Positions 50,323-62,665 of a stretch of 64,000 nucleotides of DNA are shown here, in pieces (position 1 is the stretch's first letter; every line of letters begins with the position of its first letter). The notes under the pieces are model-generated. The model saw only the letters and a list, made by a program, of their open reading frames with translations. It ran no database searches and was not told the origin of the DNA. Origin of the DNA: Styela clava (taxonomy: Eukaryota); contig NC_135262.1 of NCBI RefSeq assembly GCF_964204865.1, positions 7,998,001-8,062,000 of the forward strand, given 5' to 3'. The position numbers were made by a program, and so were the translations under genes.

Positions 50323-52751
50323 ATGAATAAGGTTGATGCACTACTTCGCACTCCGTTTTCGCAGCTGCCGCTGGAACAAAAATTAGAGGTACAACGTCTT
50401 GGGCCTTATCAACCAAAAAATTGTTCACTGGAACAATCCCATGACGGAGGAAAGCGTCGGCGTACATTCTGCGCAGAAACTTGGTATAAAAAACACGAAT
50501 GGTTGTGTTACAGCAAGGACAAAAATGCACTTTTTTGTTTTTATTGCCTACTTTTTGCTACCGCCCGTGACTCACGTTGGTGTAAATTTGGTTTTAGAGA
50601 TCTTAAACATCTTTTCGAGCGTGCCAGGGATCATCAATCTTCTATGGAGCATCTGGACAATGCAGTAAAATACCGAACATTCGGAAATGTTAATATTGCA
50701 GCACAGTTGGATGAAGGACGCGCGGTTTCTATGCGTCGGCACAACCAAAACGTCGAGAAAAACCGCCATGTTCTCGGTCGATTGATAGATGTTTTGAAGT
50801 TCATTGGTTGTCACGAGCTGTCCCTCCGTGGGCACGATGAACGGGCTGGCTCTTCTAATAGAGGGGTATTTTTGGATATGGTGGAATACACCGCATCCCT
50901 AGATACAGTATTGAGAGATCATCTTGATGCCGCAACTGTTTCAAAAGGGACATCTAAGGATATCCAAAATGATTTGCTCGACTCAATGTATAAAATTTAT
51001 TTACAACATTTGGCTCTGGAAATTGAGAATTGCCAGTTCCTTTCGATTCAGTCTGACGAGACAACTGACATCACGTGCGTTTCCCAACTGGCTGTGATTT
51101 TTCGGTTTGTGAAAGATGGTAAACCTACCGAGAGATTTCACAGCTTTGTACCAATCGTTGATCGCACGGCTTGCGGGATATCGGCTGTACTGAAAGAAGT
51201 GTTACAGCCTCACAACGCGAAGTCAAAATTGATAGCTCAAACTTATGACGGCGCGGCAGTCATGAGTGGGTTGAAACAAACATGGTGTTCAAGTTTATAT
51301 AAAAGAAGATTTTCCTCATGCGCATTTTTTACATTCTTATGCACACCAATTTAACCTCGTTATTAAAAATATGTGTCTTGATACCCCTCTCGTCCGTATA
51401 TTTTTTGCAAATGTTTCGGGGTTTTCTTCATTTTTTTTTCGTTTCGCCGAAGCGCTCTGACCTCCTTCGCCATCAATGTAGCCACCGTCTCCCAGCTTGT
51501 GCACCAACACGTTGGAACTTCCAATCACGCGTGGTGCAGGGCGTGTCCGAAATTAGGTCTGAGCTCATTGAGTGTTTCAATAGCATTCAGAGCTCTCCGG
51601 TTTGGGACGAACGCTCTGTGAGGGAGGCGGCAGGTCTAAAGCGTCTGCTAGAAGATGGTGAGTTTTCATTTTTTCTCCACAATATTCTATCACGTGGATG
51701 TATTATACGGCGCATTGCAGTCAAGGCTAATGGATGGAGCGTCTGTGCAGTCGTGTATTTCAGATTTCTGCGATGCTGTATCTCGTATCCGGGAAACAAT
51801 AAAATACGACGACACATGGAGTGCTTCTTTACGCCGCGGGCAAACAACGCAGCGTTTGATTTTGTCTGCAAAGGAATGCTGTGACATTCTGGTGAATCAA
51901 ATAGGCGATCGTCTGCGCACTGAACACCTTGCCGCGTTCTCTTTGATGAACCCCAAAAATTTTTCAAAATTTGCACGTCAATTTCCCATCCATTTGTTGG
52001 CTACTGTCTCCAAATTTTACCCCATGATAAACGTGGGTAAATTGGAAAATGAATTGCGATGTATATACACCAATCAAACTTTTTTGAACATCACATCAAC
52101 TTGCGCGCTCTATGGGTTCCTCATAGATAACACTCTAGTAACTAACTACCTTTGCGGCGTCTGCAAAATTTCTGGACATCATTTTGACGACGCCTATTTC
52201 TTCCGCCGACGCAGAGCGAACATTCAGCACGCTGAAGCGTATTAAAACGTATTTCAGAAACACAATGAAGCAAGATAGATTAAATTCCTTGGCTGTTTTA
52301 TCCATTCACAGAGACGTTATATCTGGGATGCATGACTTTAATCATCGCGTTAGGATAGGATAGGATTTACATATTTATCCCGGGGGAGAGGAAAGCCGAT
52401 AAGACGGCTTATCCATATGGCGAACCACGGCCTCTCGCCCGGTTACCATTCCGAGTCGGGTATGGGATTAGTTATATATTGTTTGTTTCCGGAAGCATGG
52501 ACTTGGTGGTGGAGGAAGCCGTAACCGACCAGCGGTTACGTGAACCACCCAACGACGGCGAGGAGTCCAGCAATCCTCTCGCACATAACCATCCCTGCAT
52601 GGGATTCGAACCTGCGAACCCACGCAGAGTAATTAGAGGTGCGGTGGCGAGCGTATTCCTAACGCTTAGCCCGTTGAGCCACATCGCCGCGCCGAGCATT
52701 TTGCTTCCAAGAAACCAACCGCGGCGTGTTGCATATATGTTCAAGCAGTAG
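50323..52751 (+). pseudogene. hAT transposase with frameshifts and a SINE insertion
   Basis: TTF-type zinc finger (WLCYS..LFCFYCLLF), LRGHDE, catalytic SIQSDETTD and QTYDGAAVMSG, degenerate HSYAHQFNL, APTRWN, and SADAERTFSTLKRIKT..RNTMKQDRLNSLAVLSIH. Split across frames, and the C-terminus HRV|SINE|EHFASKK is interrupted. Confidence 0.9.
52351..52693 (-). mobile_element. Full-length tRNA-derived SINE nested in the hAT transposase
   Basis: On the minus strand: GGCGCGGCGATG-TGGCTCAACGG (box A) ... GGTTCGAATCCC (box B), then body and a (TCCTA)n tail. Removing it rejoins the transposase C-terminus. Confidence 0.9.
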
Positions 52752-53371
52752 AAGTCTAGCAGCATATATATCTATGAGTGAGCGACGCATGTCCTTATCT
52801 TTGCATTACCTTTCTTCACATTTTCACATTTCCTTTCTTCATAGTAACGTTTTAAACCCTATTTTAGGTTTTGTCTGCTTTCCCGAAGTTTCTGTTAATA
52901 AGTCATTGTATTTATCTGGGTAAATATTGCCTTTCCTTTTGAAAGAGGTTTCAAAATAAACTCTGTCTATATTTATCAATCCCTTGATTTGGACCGGTTT
53001 TAAAGACACTTTCTTATCGTTAAGAATTGTCGCTTTTGCCGATTGGTTGTTACCGATGGAATGGTTTTTATACTCATAAAATGATGGGAGAACTTACAGC
53101 GCTCATCCTGTCCCCTTAGATGGGGGTGACTTGGTCCCGCAGTAGCTTGCCCCGGTTGTCAAAATGACCACGCGCCGCCACTGTCTAATCATATGCCAGG
53201 CCTAACTTATATAGCCTCATCTATGCGTTTTCTCAAAATTTAGCAACAATCTTCATCTTAAGTCTCAACCCTCCGTGCCCCGAGTCTTTGACAAAAAAAT
53301 ACAAATATATCGAGTTCCATTAGTAAACCGTATTCAATTGGTGAACAGGAATATATGCGCTTTATCTACAT

Positions 53372-54148
53372 CAGTGGTCGGCAAACTTTATGTACTTGCG
53401 GGCCAAATATACACATTTCCGGCAGCGCGCGGACCGCAATATTTCCGCCTTCGAACAATCGCTACATTAAACTTCAAATTATGGCGCACTCGCACATTCG
53501 CTGTGTTAAAAGCATGCAACAATGAGTTGTGTATGTGGCCTTTTATATAATCTTATCAAACAATACATCGTTTTTATTTACTTATTATCTATGTGACGGA
53601 TGATGTTTTTATGGCAACTTGGTTGCCGTCGTCCAAATGACGATCTGACAAGCCAGTACGAAATTTATAAGTGTAATGCATTTTAGATAAAGCAATATGA
53701 CTTCCGAACTTGCAGATTACACGTTTTGCACTGTCGCACAAATAAGCTGTGGCGTAGTCCCGGGGTCGAATTTTCGATGGCACGTTATGTAACGAGTTAA
53801 ATCCCTTGATATCCTCGATGCTGACCGGGCATATAGAGCAAAGTAGTTTTGGAATGAGCAAAAAAGAAAAAAAATTCGCGTCTAAGCACTTTGGAATGTT
53901 CGACCCTCGTCCAAAATTTCCTCCGTTTCCAAGACATTTTAAAATTTTAAAAATCAAAATTATCTTGAACCACATATTACTGACGCTACTTATTACAAAA
54001 CAAGCGCCGTACTGCTGCACTTGTCACTACATAAATCCTTCTAGAGACAATAATAAATTTAGGATCAATTTTTGTTATATTTATTGAATGTTAGGTCGTT
54101 GGGGGGCCGCAACAAATTAGCTCGCGGGCGGCAGTTTGCCGATCCCTG
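53372..54148 (-). mobile_element. Internally deleted Buster-type hAT element
   Basis: Perfect TSD ATCTACAT, TIRs CAGTGGTCGGCAAACT / AGTTTGCCGATCCCTG, and a residual minus-strand transposase C-terminus (KFGS...SKMHYTYKFRTGLSDRHLDD). Confidence 0.85.
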
Positions 54149-54850
54149 ATCTACATGCTAAACAAATTATTTCAGGCGCAGACCTTGTTTGTACGTGTGT
54201 GCTGGAGGACGTACGAACAACAAAAGAATGTCTTTCATTTCACGAGTACCAGCATAAACAGGGCCGGTTTATCAAGTGCCATAAAAATCCCCTTTACATT
54301 TGGTCTTCGTTAGGCAATAATTGATAGAATAACAAATAAAAACCATCAACCTCATTTATGGAAAATATACAGGTGAATGGTATTTCATATCCTGATTGAT
54401 CAATTTTATAAATAGCCTGATAGGATTTTTCACATTCATAGTTCAACAGTCAACTTAATAATAGTGGTAGCAATGATTTTTATACTCAGTATTTGAATGA
54501 CTTATATGACGAATTTTTCGTTACACCCCTGTTTGTTTGTCTTTAAACATATTCTTCAGTGTCCTTAGCTGGAAAAAAAAACAGTTATTAATTTGAGAAG
54601 GAATAGGGAACCGAAATTATAACCGCTCTCTAATCTTGTGAATAATTTAATAAAAGTGTCCGTTTAGTAACTGATATAACTGAGTAACTAATTCAAATAA
54701 AATATTTGCTTGTTTGGAACACCGTATTTATATATATATATATATTCGCGCAAAAATTTGAAAAGGCCTGAGTGAATGATTTTTCAATTTGAAGAGATTA
54801 GAAATTCTTTGATAGATTCAATGATATCATCAGCAATAATGTTGTTCCAT

Positions 54851-57690
54851 TCATACATCTGTGTTAACGAAGGACACAGACATGTCGCAATCTACCCGTC
54901 TGTCTATCCACAAATATATACATATATGTTTCATTTGATCGAAAATGTATATCACCTGTAGTGCGCAAAGCATCAGTATAAGTCCCACTGAGACAGCAGA
55001 AAAATTATTGATCATATTCAAGTTGGACGTAGTTGTTGAATAATCATATTTCAAGGTTGATCTTGAACTCAACATGGCTGATCGCATGTAATCTATTCTT
55101 CTTGAAATGACGAAAAGATCATCCTGCATTGATACAGATGAATGTTTGTTATATTTTCTTCCAATATTAGATAATTAATACTTAACTTATACTACAATAG
55201 AAGGAAGCCAATAGTAGGCATAGCCATAACCCGAAAGTCGAACCACGACTTGTTGACCCTTAGGTATATTCTGGTATCGGAAAGCAAACTTGTTCATTCT
55301 TTTCAGAACCATGAACTCGAATAGAGGAATATGCATTACCGGCATGCGGTTACGTGAACCACCACGCAATATCGAGGAACGCTTCAAGTGATCGTCACCA
55401 TCGTTGATCGTCACAAAATACAAAAGATTCAAATCGCCAACCATCCCGATAAATAATATACTTTTATACAGTGCTAACTGGAGCTGTATATTATGCATAT
55501 CCTGTACATTGCTACATATTTTGGTATAGTAAAAATACATCGATCCATTCACATATTAAACATATTGAAAAAATAAAACACAGCTACAGAGCCAATTTAA
55601 TGTCTTACCAAAATATGAAACATGGTCCCGTTTCCAAGCTTATTTTCCTTGTGAAATTCCACCACCTTGTCTAGTCTGTATATTTGCATGAATATTTGAA
55701 CTAAATGGTTTGATCGAGATAGTGTATTGTCCAAACAGAATACCAATGTTCCTAAAATTATCACGTTTCATGATTTGTAGCAAATGAGGTAGCAAAAAAT
55801 TTATATTTTATATAAATATTTTATATTTTTATAAACGGCGGACCTAAAAGAGCACTTTCCTCTGCATAGCATGTAACACTCCACATACACGGATTCAGAT
55901 TCCAGCAAATTAAGTATTTGTTAGTTTTCAGTTAAGTATCCAGAATTTGAGTTTAATTAGATAACTCATCCGTCATTTTGTCTTCGCAAGCGTTTTTAGT
56001 TTAGTTGTTGTAATCCAAAACAGTACCGAAATACAAGATAGACTGTATGTAATCTTTTGAAATTAGCAGCCAGTACTTTATGGTAGCAGAAGCCTCAACA
56101 TTTAGAAAAAAACGTGATTTTGAAAATGTAAACTATATTGCATGCGCCGACACAATAATTATTCAAAATGTCGCAATGGTTAAGAACAGGAATAATACAC
56201 CTGAAGTCAAAGTTCGGTGAAACATCCATCCTGACGCGGTTCAAAAATTTTTGTATTACTGATTTAGAAAATAATCCTGTTCCCCCCTTTTACTAATTCA
56301 CACACGGTCTATGTTAGGAATGTATTAGGCTTTTCCAAAAACAATTTTAATGAGGCTTTTGAAAGCATTTACAATTACAATTTATGTTCGAAAGTCAACA
56401 ACTACCTGTTTCGTTTGCAATAACTTCAAAATGACCGCCTCGTGAGTGTCGATTTTTCTGAATTACCGTTGAATTTTCAGCAAGTGCAACGAATGCTGCT
56501 ATCGTAGCATCAGATAGGAAGGTTGGGGGAGAAACACACTGAAATATTGATAAATAGTTTTATATATATCATAATATGTCACTTTATTTCCGTTTGTAAC
56601 CGACGGCACGGGTTTACAACAGAACCGAATAATGATGTGTCACAAATAAACTGGTCTTCGAGTGCGAATTTCAACAGTAAAGTATTCTCGGCAATAAAAA
56701 TGATTGACATACCTCATATTCAAATAATATTTCTGTTGATCTTTCAACTTCTTGCATGAAACACTGAGTTTGTTTTCTCTTCACGACAACTTTAAATTCA
56801 TATATTGAACGAAGTTTGTCATCTGTGAGTTCTTCCATATAGTTCGTGTATCTGTGCAATGCTTTTCTCATCTCTGACAAAACAATAGATTATATTTGTA
56901 TTTTGTATTCTGAGTTGTATGCGCATTAAGATGGCGCATAACCTGAACTCAGGCTGTGTACCAGGTTAGGGTTCAAGTTATGCGACATCTTGGTGCGCAT
57001 ACTTCAGGAGTACCGTATTTTGTATATATCGTTTTAGAGCTCACACAGACACCAAAGAGTTACAAATTTAAATGTGATTCAATCGGGTACTGAGATTGTT
57101 TACCTTGACTTAACGTAACGTAACCCCGCTTATTGACCTCATGCTAATGGACTTTATTTTTTTAGATGCGTATAGCGCATTATCTAAAAAATTGATTGCA
57201 AGGACTATCACAATATGTAATCATCGCCTTTCAATGTCCTCTTGTATCGGTTTGTCGGATTCGAGTGGCGTCATTGAGTCGAGTCTAAGTGATCTTTAGA
57301 TTCAATAATATATTATCTGAGTCAATCTTGTGAAGCATGTGGTTAGGAATCGGAAGAATATGTATATACATATGTAAAGATTGTGGCGTATTGCAGTGAA
57401 ATTCTTACAAACAAGTTTTATACAACTACAATCATGAACGAATAATTTTTGCTGCCTTTTCGCAATTTCATATCATCAAATCAATATCAACATTTGACTT
57501 AATTTAGGTGGAAATTTAGCTTGAATATGCAACCTTTAAAGTCAGTTTAATAGGCTTCTTGAAAAATCGACCTACCTTTCATCATCAGTACTTCATGTTC
57601 CTGCGTTTCACAAATCTGGATACTAACAAAAATATTTAGACCTATCAACAAAAAGCCAACGCTTCTAATTGCACTTTTAGTGTATTTCAT
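54851..57690 (-). CDS. Divergent p24/TMED (GOLD-domain) cargo receptor; exons 57690-57576, 56873-56713, 56538-56406, 55751-55609, 55123-54851 (3' end uncertain, possibly a further exon ending at 54784)
   Basis: Signal peptide MKYTKSAIRSVGFLLIGLNIFVSIQIC; GOLD domain YEFKVVVKRKQTQCFMQEV..ILFEYE...ANETGTLVFCLDNTLS; coiled coil and TM SNLNMINNFSAVSVGLILMLCALQV. GT-AG junctions with phases 1,0,1,0 are all consistent. Confidence 0.8.
55215..55382 (-). mobile_element. Old SINE-related fragment in a TMED intron
   Basis: Shares the gcggttacgtgaaccacc core with the SINE family. The flanks are diverged. Confidence 0.45.
56905..57013. mobile_element. Short hairpin (foldback) MITE
   Basis: Arms gtatgcgcattaagatggcgcataacctgaac / gttcaagttatgcgacatcttggtgcgcatac. 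The loop gtgtaccaggttagggtt is also present inverted at ~28100-28120. Confidence 0.65.
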
Positions 57691-58621
57691 AATGTTCGTG
57701 CCGAAGCTGATACTGAATTTACTCGAAGCTTATTTAATATCCAGTTTTATGCTGGAATATCAACGAGTTGCCGGGTAGAGTCATACACAGATGATACATC
57801 CTTAAATATGAACTGATTTATGACTTCCTGCCGATGGGAAGTCGTATCGATTATCATTTTGACACTGCAGGCTGCTCCTGACAATGTTTAATTCTACGTG
57901 GTATATAGCCTAATATCCAACACACATAGCAAGCTTAAGAATTTGTTGCAAACTATTTATTATTATTATAAAAAAGTTTTTTAACGTGAGTAATCTTTTT
58001 AATTGTTGGGCAAGAAAATAGCGTTATCGGCTATAGGTCAAATATCTTTACATTGAATCTGTTTGCTTCAATTGCAAAATTTTGGAATCTCAATTTTTTT
58101 TTTAAATAGGACTTATCGTTTCACATGTTTTAATACCTAAGCAATCTTCACCTAGGCATGACTCATTTTGGAATACACGTACATACATCTTTCAACCGCA
58201 ACAGCAAGCTGCTTTCAGTCACTTATTTCCAGTTCGTTGATTGGCGTCGGATGCTATCTCGGATTCTTTCACGTATATATAATAAATAAAATAAAATGCT
58301 ACATTTTAGAGTTAAAGTTAAGATTTATATATTTCACATTGCATATTATGCTGTTGAAACGACTGTGAATAAAATAAAATTCATCGATCATGCTGGGCTC
58401 ATATATGAATTTTATTTTGATCGTCTTTTTACATTATTTGTATTCCTATTATTATATCTTATGAAATGAGTTAGTGATGCTGTTACATATCAAAATAAAT
58501 AGACACTAAACATGGTTATTTTACTCACACACGCGAAAAAGTAGTTTACACAGATGAAAGTTAATTTGGCAATTGAGGAAATATAAACATCACCTAGTTT
58601 CATTACTCTATAGTCCAGGTC

Positions 58622-58941
58622 CAGGGCTACTCAACTATTTTACCAAAGATCCGCATACAAAACTGAAAAGTTATCTGGGTCCGGTCTTTCCAGAAAATAT
58701 ATTTCGGCATCCTTAAACAAGCAATTCCTCTGCCGACTAATGATTGTTAGATAATCAAGATTGTTTGTTATGGCGTTATAGTTCTTTTCATATATATATA
58801 CCTTTAAATCTATAAAAGTGATTTTATAAAAGGAAAGTTCAAAATTGGGGCTAATGATCCAAAATAAAGAATTATGCGCGGTCCGAATCAAATACCCAAA
58901 AGGTCGGATTCGGACCGCAGTCCGCCAGTTGAGTAGCCCTG
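58622..58941. mobile_element. hAT MITE
   Basis: Perfect 15-bp TIRs CAGGGCTACTCAACT / AGTTGAGTAGCCCTG. Confidence 0.85.
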
Positions 58942-58949
58942 CTCTATTC

Positions 58950-60137
58950 CATAGGTTCTCAAAGTGCTCCGTACGGAGCCCAGGGCTCCGCGAGAGTAAC
59001 CCAGGGGCTCCGCGAGCTATTCGATTACTTTTCAAAATACTGACTTGGCTAATTTAAAACTGTTCCTAGAAGCAATAACAGTTTTGATGAAATTTGACAA
59101 CAACATAGCCTCGAAATATGGCAAAGGGGCGGAATTAAGAAATGACATTATTTTTATAGGCAGGAGCGCAGCCAGGATTCTTAAGAGGGAGGAGGTTCAA
59201 AAGTGGAATCGGAAATTTACGCGCAACATTTTTGGCAATTAAAAAAAAACGGATAACGAGATTTCTGTTGCGTAAAATATTCAATTCATGACCGATGCGA
59301 GCATCTAAATTCTAAAGTGTCTTGTCGTAATAATTTAATTGTGCTCATCGTTACTCACGTTCGATTCGAAATTACTATTAGGATTACTAAAATGATAAAA
59401 TACTATTCTAAAATAATATAAACTGCGTGATAAACTGCTAACTATAAATAAATTGGAGTCGTATTTTTGTGATCTTGGGATTTGTTAAACTTGATTTGTT
59501 CTTTCGCACTCGAGATTATTTTTAAGCAAAATGTCGCCGTTTGAAAAATCACAAGGTCTTGGCAAAATACGAACGATTGAAATTTATTTTAGTGCATGCG
59601 GCTCTGTCGGTAGTTTCAGAAAGGAAAAATGGTACACCACGCGCATAATTAATTGACTGTGTTTCAATTTCGCAGTTACTACGATGAATAACCGAAAACC
59701 TAACATAACACCAAATTTATGATTTACGATGTCTATAACAGCGTTTTTATTCTGACGTGAGTCTGCTGAAACAAAACTTATGGTGTTATCATCCATTTTA
59801 AGTTTTAGTTCTAATATTTTAGAATGCCGCTTTTTAATCGAGAAATTTGAATTGCGGATTTACCTCTTTATTAACTATTATTTTTAGCATTTCGTCGCCG
59901 ATGATTATAATATGGTAACATGTTTTTCACATTGAACTCATAATTCCCCACGAGATTTATTTATGACATCTATTGACCCTAATAAAAGTGTTTAGTATTT
60001 AAATTGAGTAAAAGTACGTTTAACTTACTCAGGAATATTAATCGGAAAGTAACAATTTTAACATTTATTATGGGGCTCCGTGAATATTGGTCAACCTTTT
60101 CAAGGGCTCCGCAACGCCAAAAGTTTGAGAACCCCTG
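58950..60137. mobile_element. hAT non-autonomous element (~1.19 kb)
   Basis: TIRs CATAGGTTCTCAAA / TTTGAGAACCCCTG, TSD ctctattc / ctctatac, and gggctccg subterminal repeats at both ends. Confidence 0.8.
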
Positions 60138-60709
60138 CTCTATACAACTAATGAAAAGTGAGGTTTTAATATGAAAGACACGTGTCGTGAATTATCAGGA
60201 AAAAAAAACGTGACCCACAATTGCTGAAGTCAGCCTAGAGTCGAAAGAAATATAACTTTAAGAATTATAAACTTATGCAACTGCAAAATTAGAGCTTATT
60301 TGGGTCAATGTTAATCAAACATTAAATGAAAAACACATGAAATTTTTTTAATATATCTTTTTATCTTAATAATTATCTTATATAATTTTTATTTTATTGT
60401 TGTATAGTGTTCTTTCCTGCAAGTTACAAAATAAATGTTGACAGTAATCTATGTCCTTTATTGAAACTTTTCATAGTTGGCAACCCTAATGATCATCCAT
60501 ATAAAACGTTATGCCTATTTCTTAGTTTAAACCAGAAAACAGCCAAGAACAGTATAATATTCCAGTAAGATATATATGAACTTGTTGCGATCCTGCAGGT
60601 GGTCACGAAACGCGCAAAAAAGGATGGGCCGCAGAGATCTTTTCCAGTATTTTGAGCAGGCATAGTAGGATTTTGAGCAAGGTGCCAAGTTATCGACGAC
60701 TTTGTCATT

Positions 60710-61432
60710 GTAATGTAAATTCATTTCGTTTGGGGCGTAGATCAACTACAGAATGATCAATATGATGAACCCGATGAAAAAAAAAGCTTGATGGAAATTG
60801 TGATTCTACTTTACAGTCCAGATTCAAAAAAAGAATCACCATTACAATTTTGGATATATATCTCTTGATAACGAATACCCATCGCTAGGTAATCGAGCAA
60901 TCAAACTGTTGTCCGTATTTTCAACCAGTTACTTATGCGTTATGCGAAAAAACATTTTCATCACTAGTTTTAATTGAAACGAAAATCGGCTGCACGCCCC
61001 TGCAGAGCTACGTGTTGCAAAAACTTCTTTAAGGCCTCGTTTGGCGTTTGCAATCCTATATTGGAAACGAAACAGAAGCGAAATTCTCACTAGAGTTAAT
61101 TATGTTTGGCATGTACATGTTTTTATGTGAGATGTTTTATGTGTGCCTTTCTTACGCATAATGGGTGCCCCGCACTGCATTTCATTACGCAAATATATGG
61201 TATTACTTTATGTTCCACCCATTTCAATTTTTGGTCGGCACATTATTTGATAGTTTTTCTTCGTGTAAAATGTTTTCAATTGTGATTTTTTGTCTAAAAA
61301 CATTGCATTATATCACGCAAATATATGTTATTCTTTCTTTTCAACTCATTTCAATTTTTTGTCGGTCCTCGGGTACGGTACATTTTATTTAATTTTACCG
61401 GTACGCCAGGGTAGAAAGGTTGGGAACCACTG
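60710..61432 (+). mobile_element. Right end of a Buster/Charlie hAT element with a degenerate transposase C-terminus
   Basis: Remnant FW...NEYPSLGNRAIKLLSVFSTSYLC..EKTFSSLVLIETK..ELRVAKTSLRPRL...KRNSH* (ends ~61093). Right TIR GGTTGGGAACCACTG is followed by tattagac. Confidence 0.75.
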
Positions 61433-62454
61433 TATTAGACTCTGTTGCGAATACGATGCAACGAATAGCTTCGTTTTGCAACAAAACTAATGGTTTCAGT
61501 GTTGTTATATTCGTCGCTCTGACTAAGAATGTCATAGTACCAATGAGAATTAAATTTCCTAAAATACCATAATCAGTTTTTATTTATTTGTTTTTATCAA
61601 CCGTTTTATCGCCTATCTGCTGATTATGGAGTCGAAATAAACTTATCTTATCTTCCTGAAATGTAGCTAATGTATTTTAGTGGTGAGATGCCATCAATGA
61701 ACTGTTATCTTCCACACAAAAAGGAATTTAATAATTACAGGGAAATACTACGAATACCGTGATGAAACCCGCGATTATCTCTCTATCATACATATGTTTT
61801 GATTGTGTATTTTTATACTTTTGCCAATTCAATTTCTATTGTAAAGTTATTTCGTAACCCGAAATGATATTCATTTAGTTTCTTTTGATGAAATAAGCTA
61901 CTACCCAGTAGTTTGAGATTTGTATTTTATATCAAATAAACTGAAATTACAATTAATAAGCTAATGAATTGGTACAAATCAATATCAACTGGTCCGAATA
62001 TGGCGTGAACCGATTTTGATGACGTGTCCCGTCCTCCAGTCCATACTCGTGTGTTACTTTATTATGCTTTCATTGTGATGCATGTTTTATAATGTTTGAC
62101 GAAATATTAAATCTCTACGTGGTCCATTTTTGGTTCGTATATCAGATTTGTATCAAACATTGTGTCGGACCGGTCGGACCGATGACACATGACATGTTGT
62201 GGGACTGTATGAACAAACACAATGAATTCACCGGCTTGAAATGTAGCATTATTACCTTTCTAAACATACGTGAACGAAACAATACTACGTAATATGAAAC
62301 CTTCTCAAGATTCGCGTTTTAGCATGGCCCGGGGCGGAAAGCATCTCCATATGTTTACAATTACGAGAAAACGGTTAATTCCTACACACGAAAACCGTTT
62401 GGACACGGGGAAGACTCAAATTTGTTTAGTTTCCTGGTTTGTACAGATTTTAAA

Positions 62455-62526
62455 CCAATCATATTGCCACACGGTTATAACTTGAGGTCACAACGCATGC
62501 GCAATTCGCTCTAACGGCGCCACGTA
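62455..62526 (+). promoter_or_regulatory. PDI promoter with ERSE-like, NRF1-like and CCACGT motifs
   Basis: CCAAT-N9-ACACG (62455-62473; the ERSE consensus is CCAAT-N9-CCACG), CGCATGCGCA (62494-62503) and GCCACGT (~62519-62525). Confidence 0.4.
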
Positions 62527-62665
62527 AAAATGACAGTGTCTTAAAATAACCATAAGAGGCATAGGTCGCTCTATAGTTTTCTTTTACTAGTTTCGTAGTT
62601 GGACTGACATCTGTCGTCGTTTTAGATATAACAAGGTTTTAGGATTGACTAAACAAATAGGAAAA

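Larger units (their letters stand above)
49782..53183 (+). mobile_element. Full-length hAT DNA transposon (ZMYM1-like/DUF4371 transposase), defective
   Basis: Perfect 13-bp TIRs CAGTGGCGGCGCG / CGCGCCGCCACTG, perfect 8-bp TSD TCTAATCA (49774-49781, 53184-53191), and subterminal GCCCCGGTTG motifs at both ends. Confidence 0.95.

Noticed and set aside
52600-52693. tRNA gene (box A/box B)
   Set aside because: No proper cloverleaf, and it continues into a repeated body and tail, so it is a SINE head. The same applies to 29649-29730.
52479-52765. ORFs 52479-52751 (+) and 52472-52765 (-)
   Set aside because: Fortuitous frames through the SINE. Only the last codons of the + ORF belong to the broken transposase.
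56060-56200. Alternative TMED exon 4 after a ttcag acceptor
   Set aside because: It hits a stop in the required phase. The real GOLD-continuing exon is 55751-55609.
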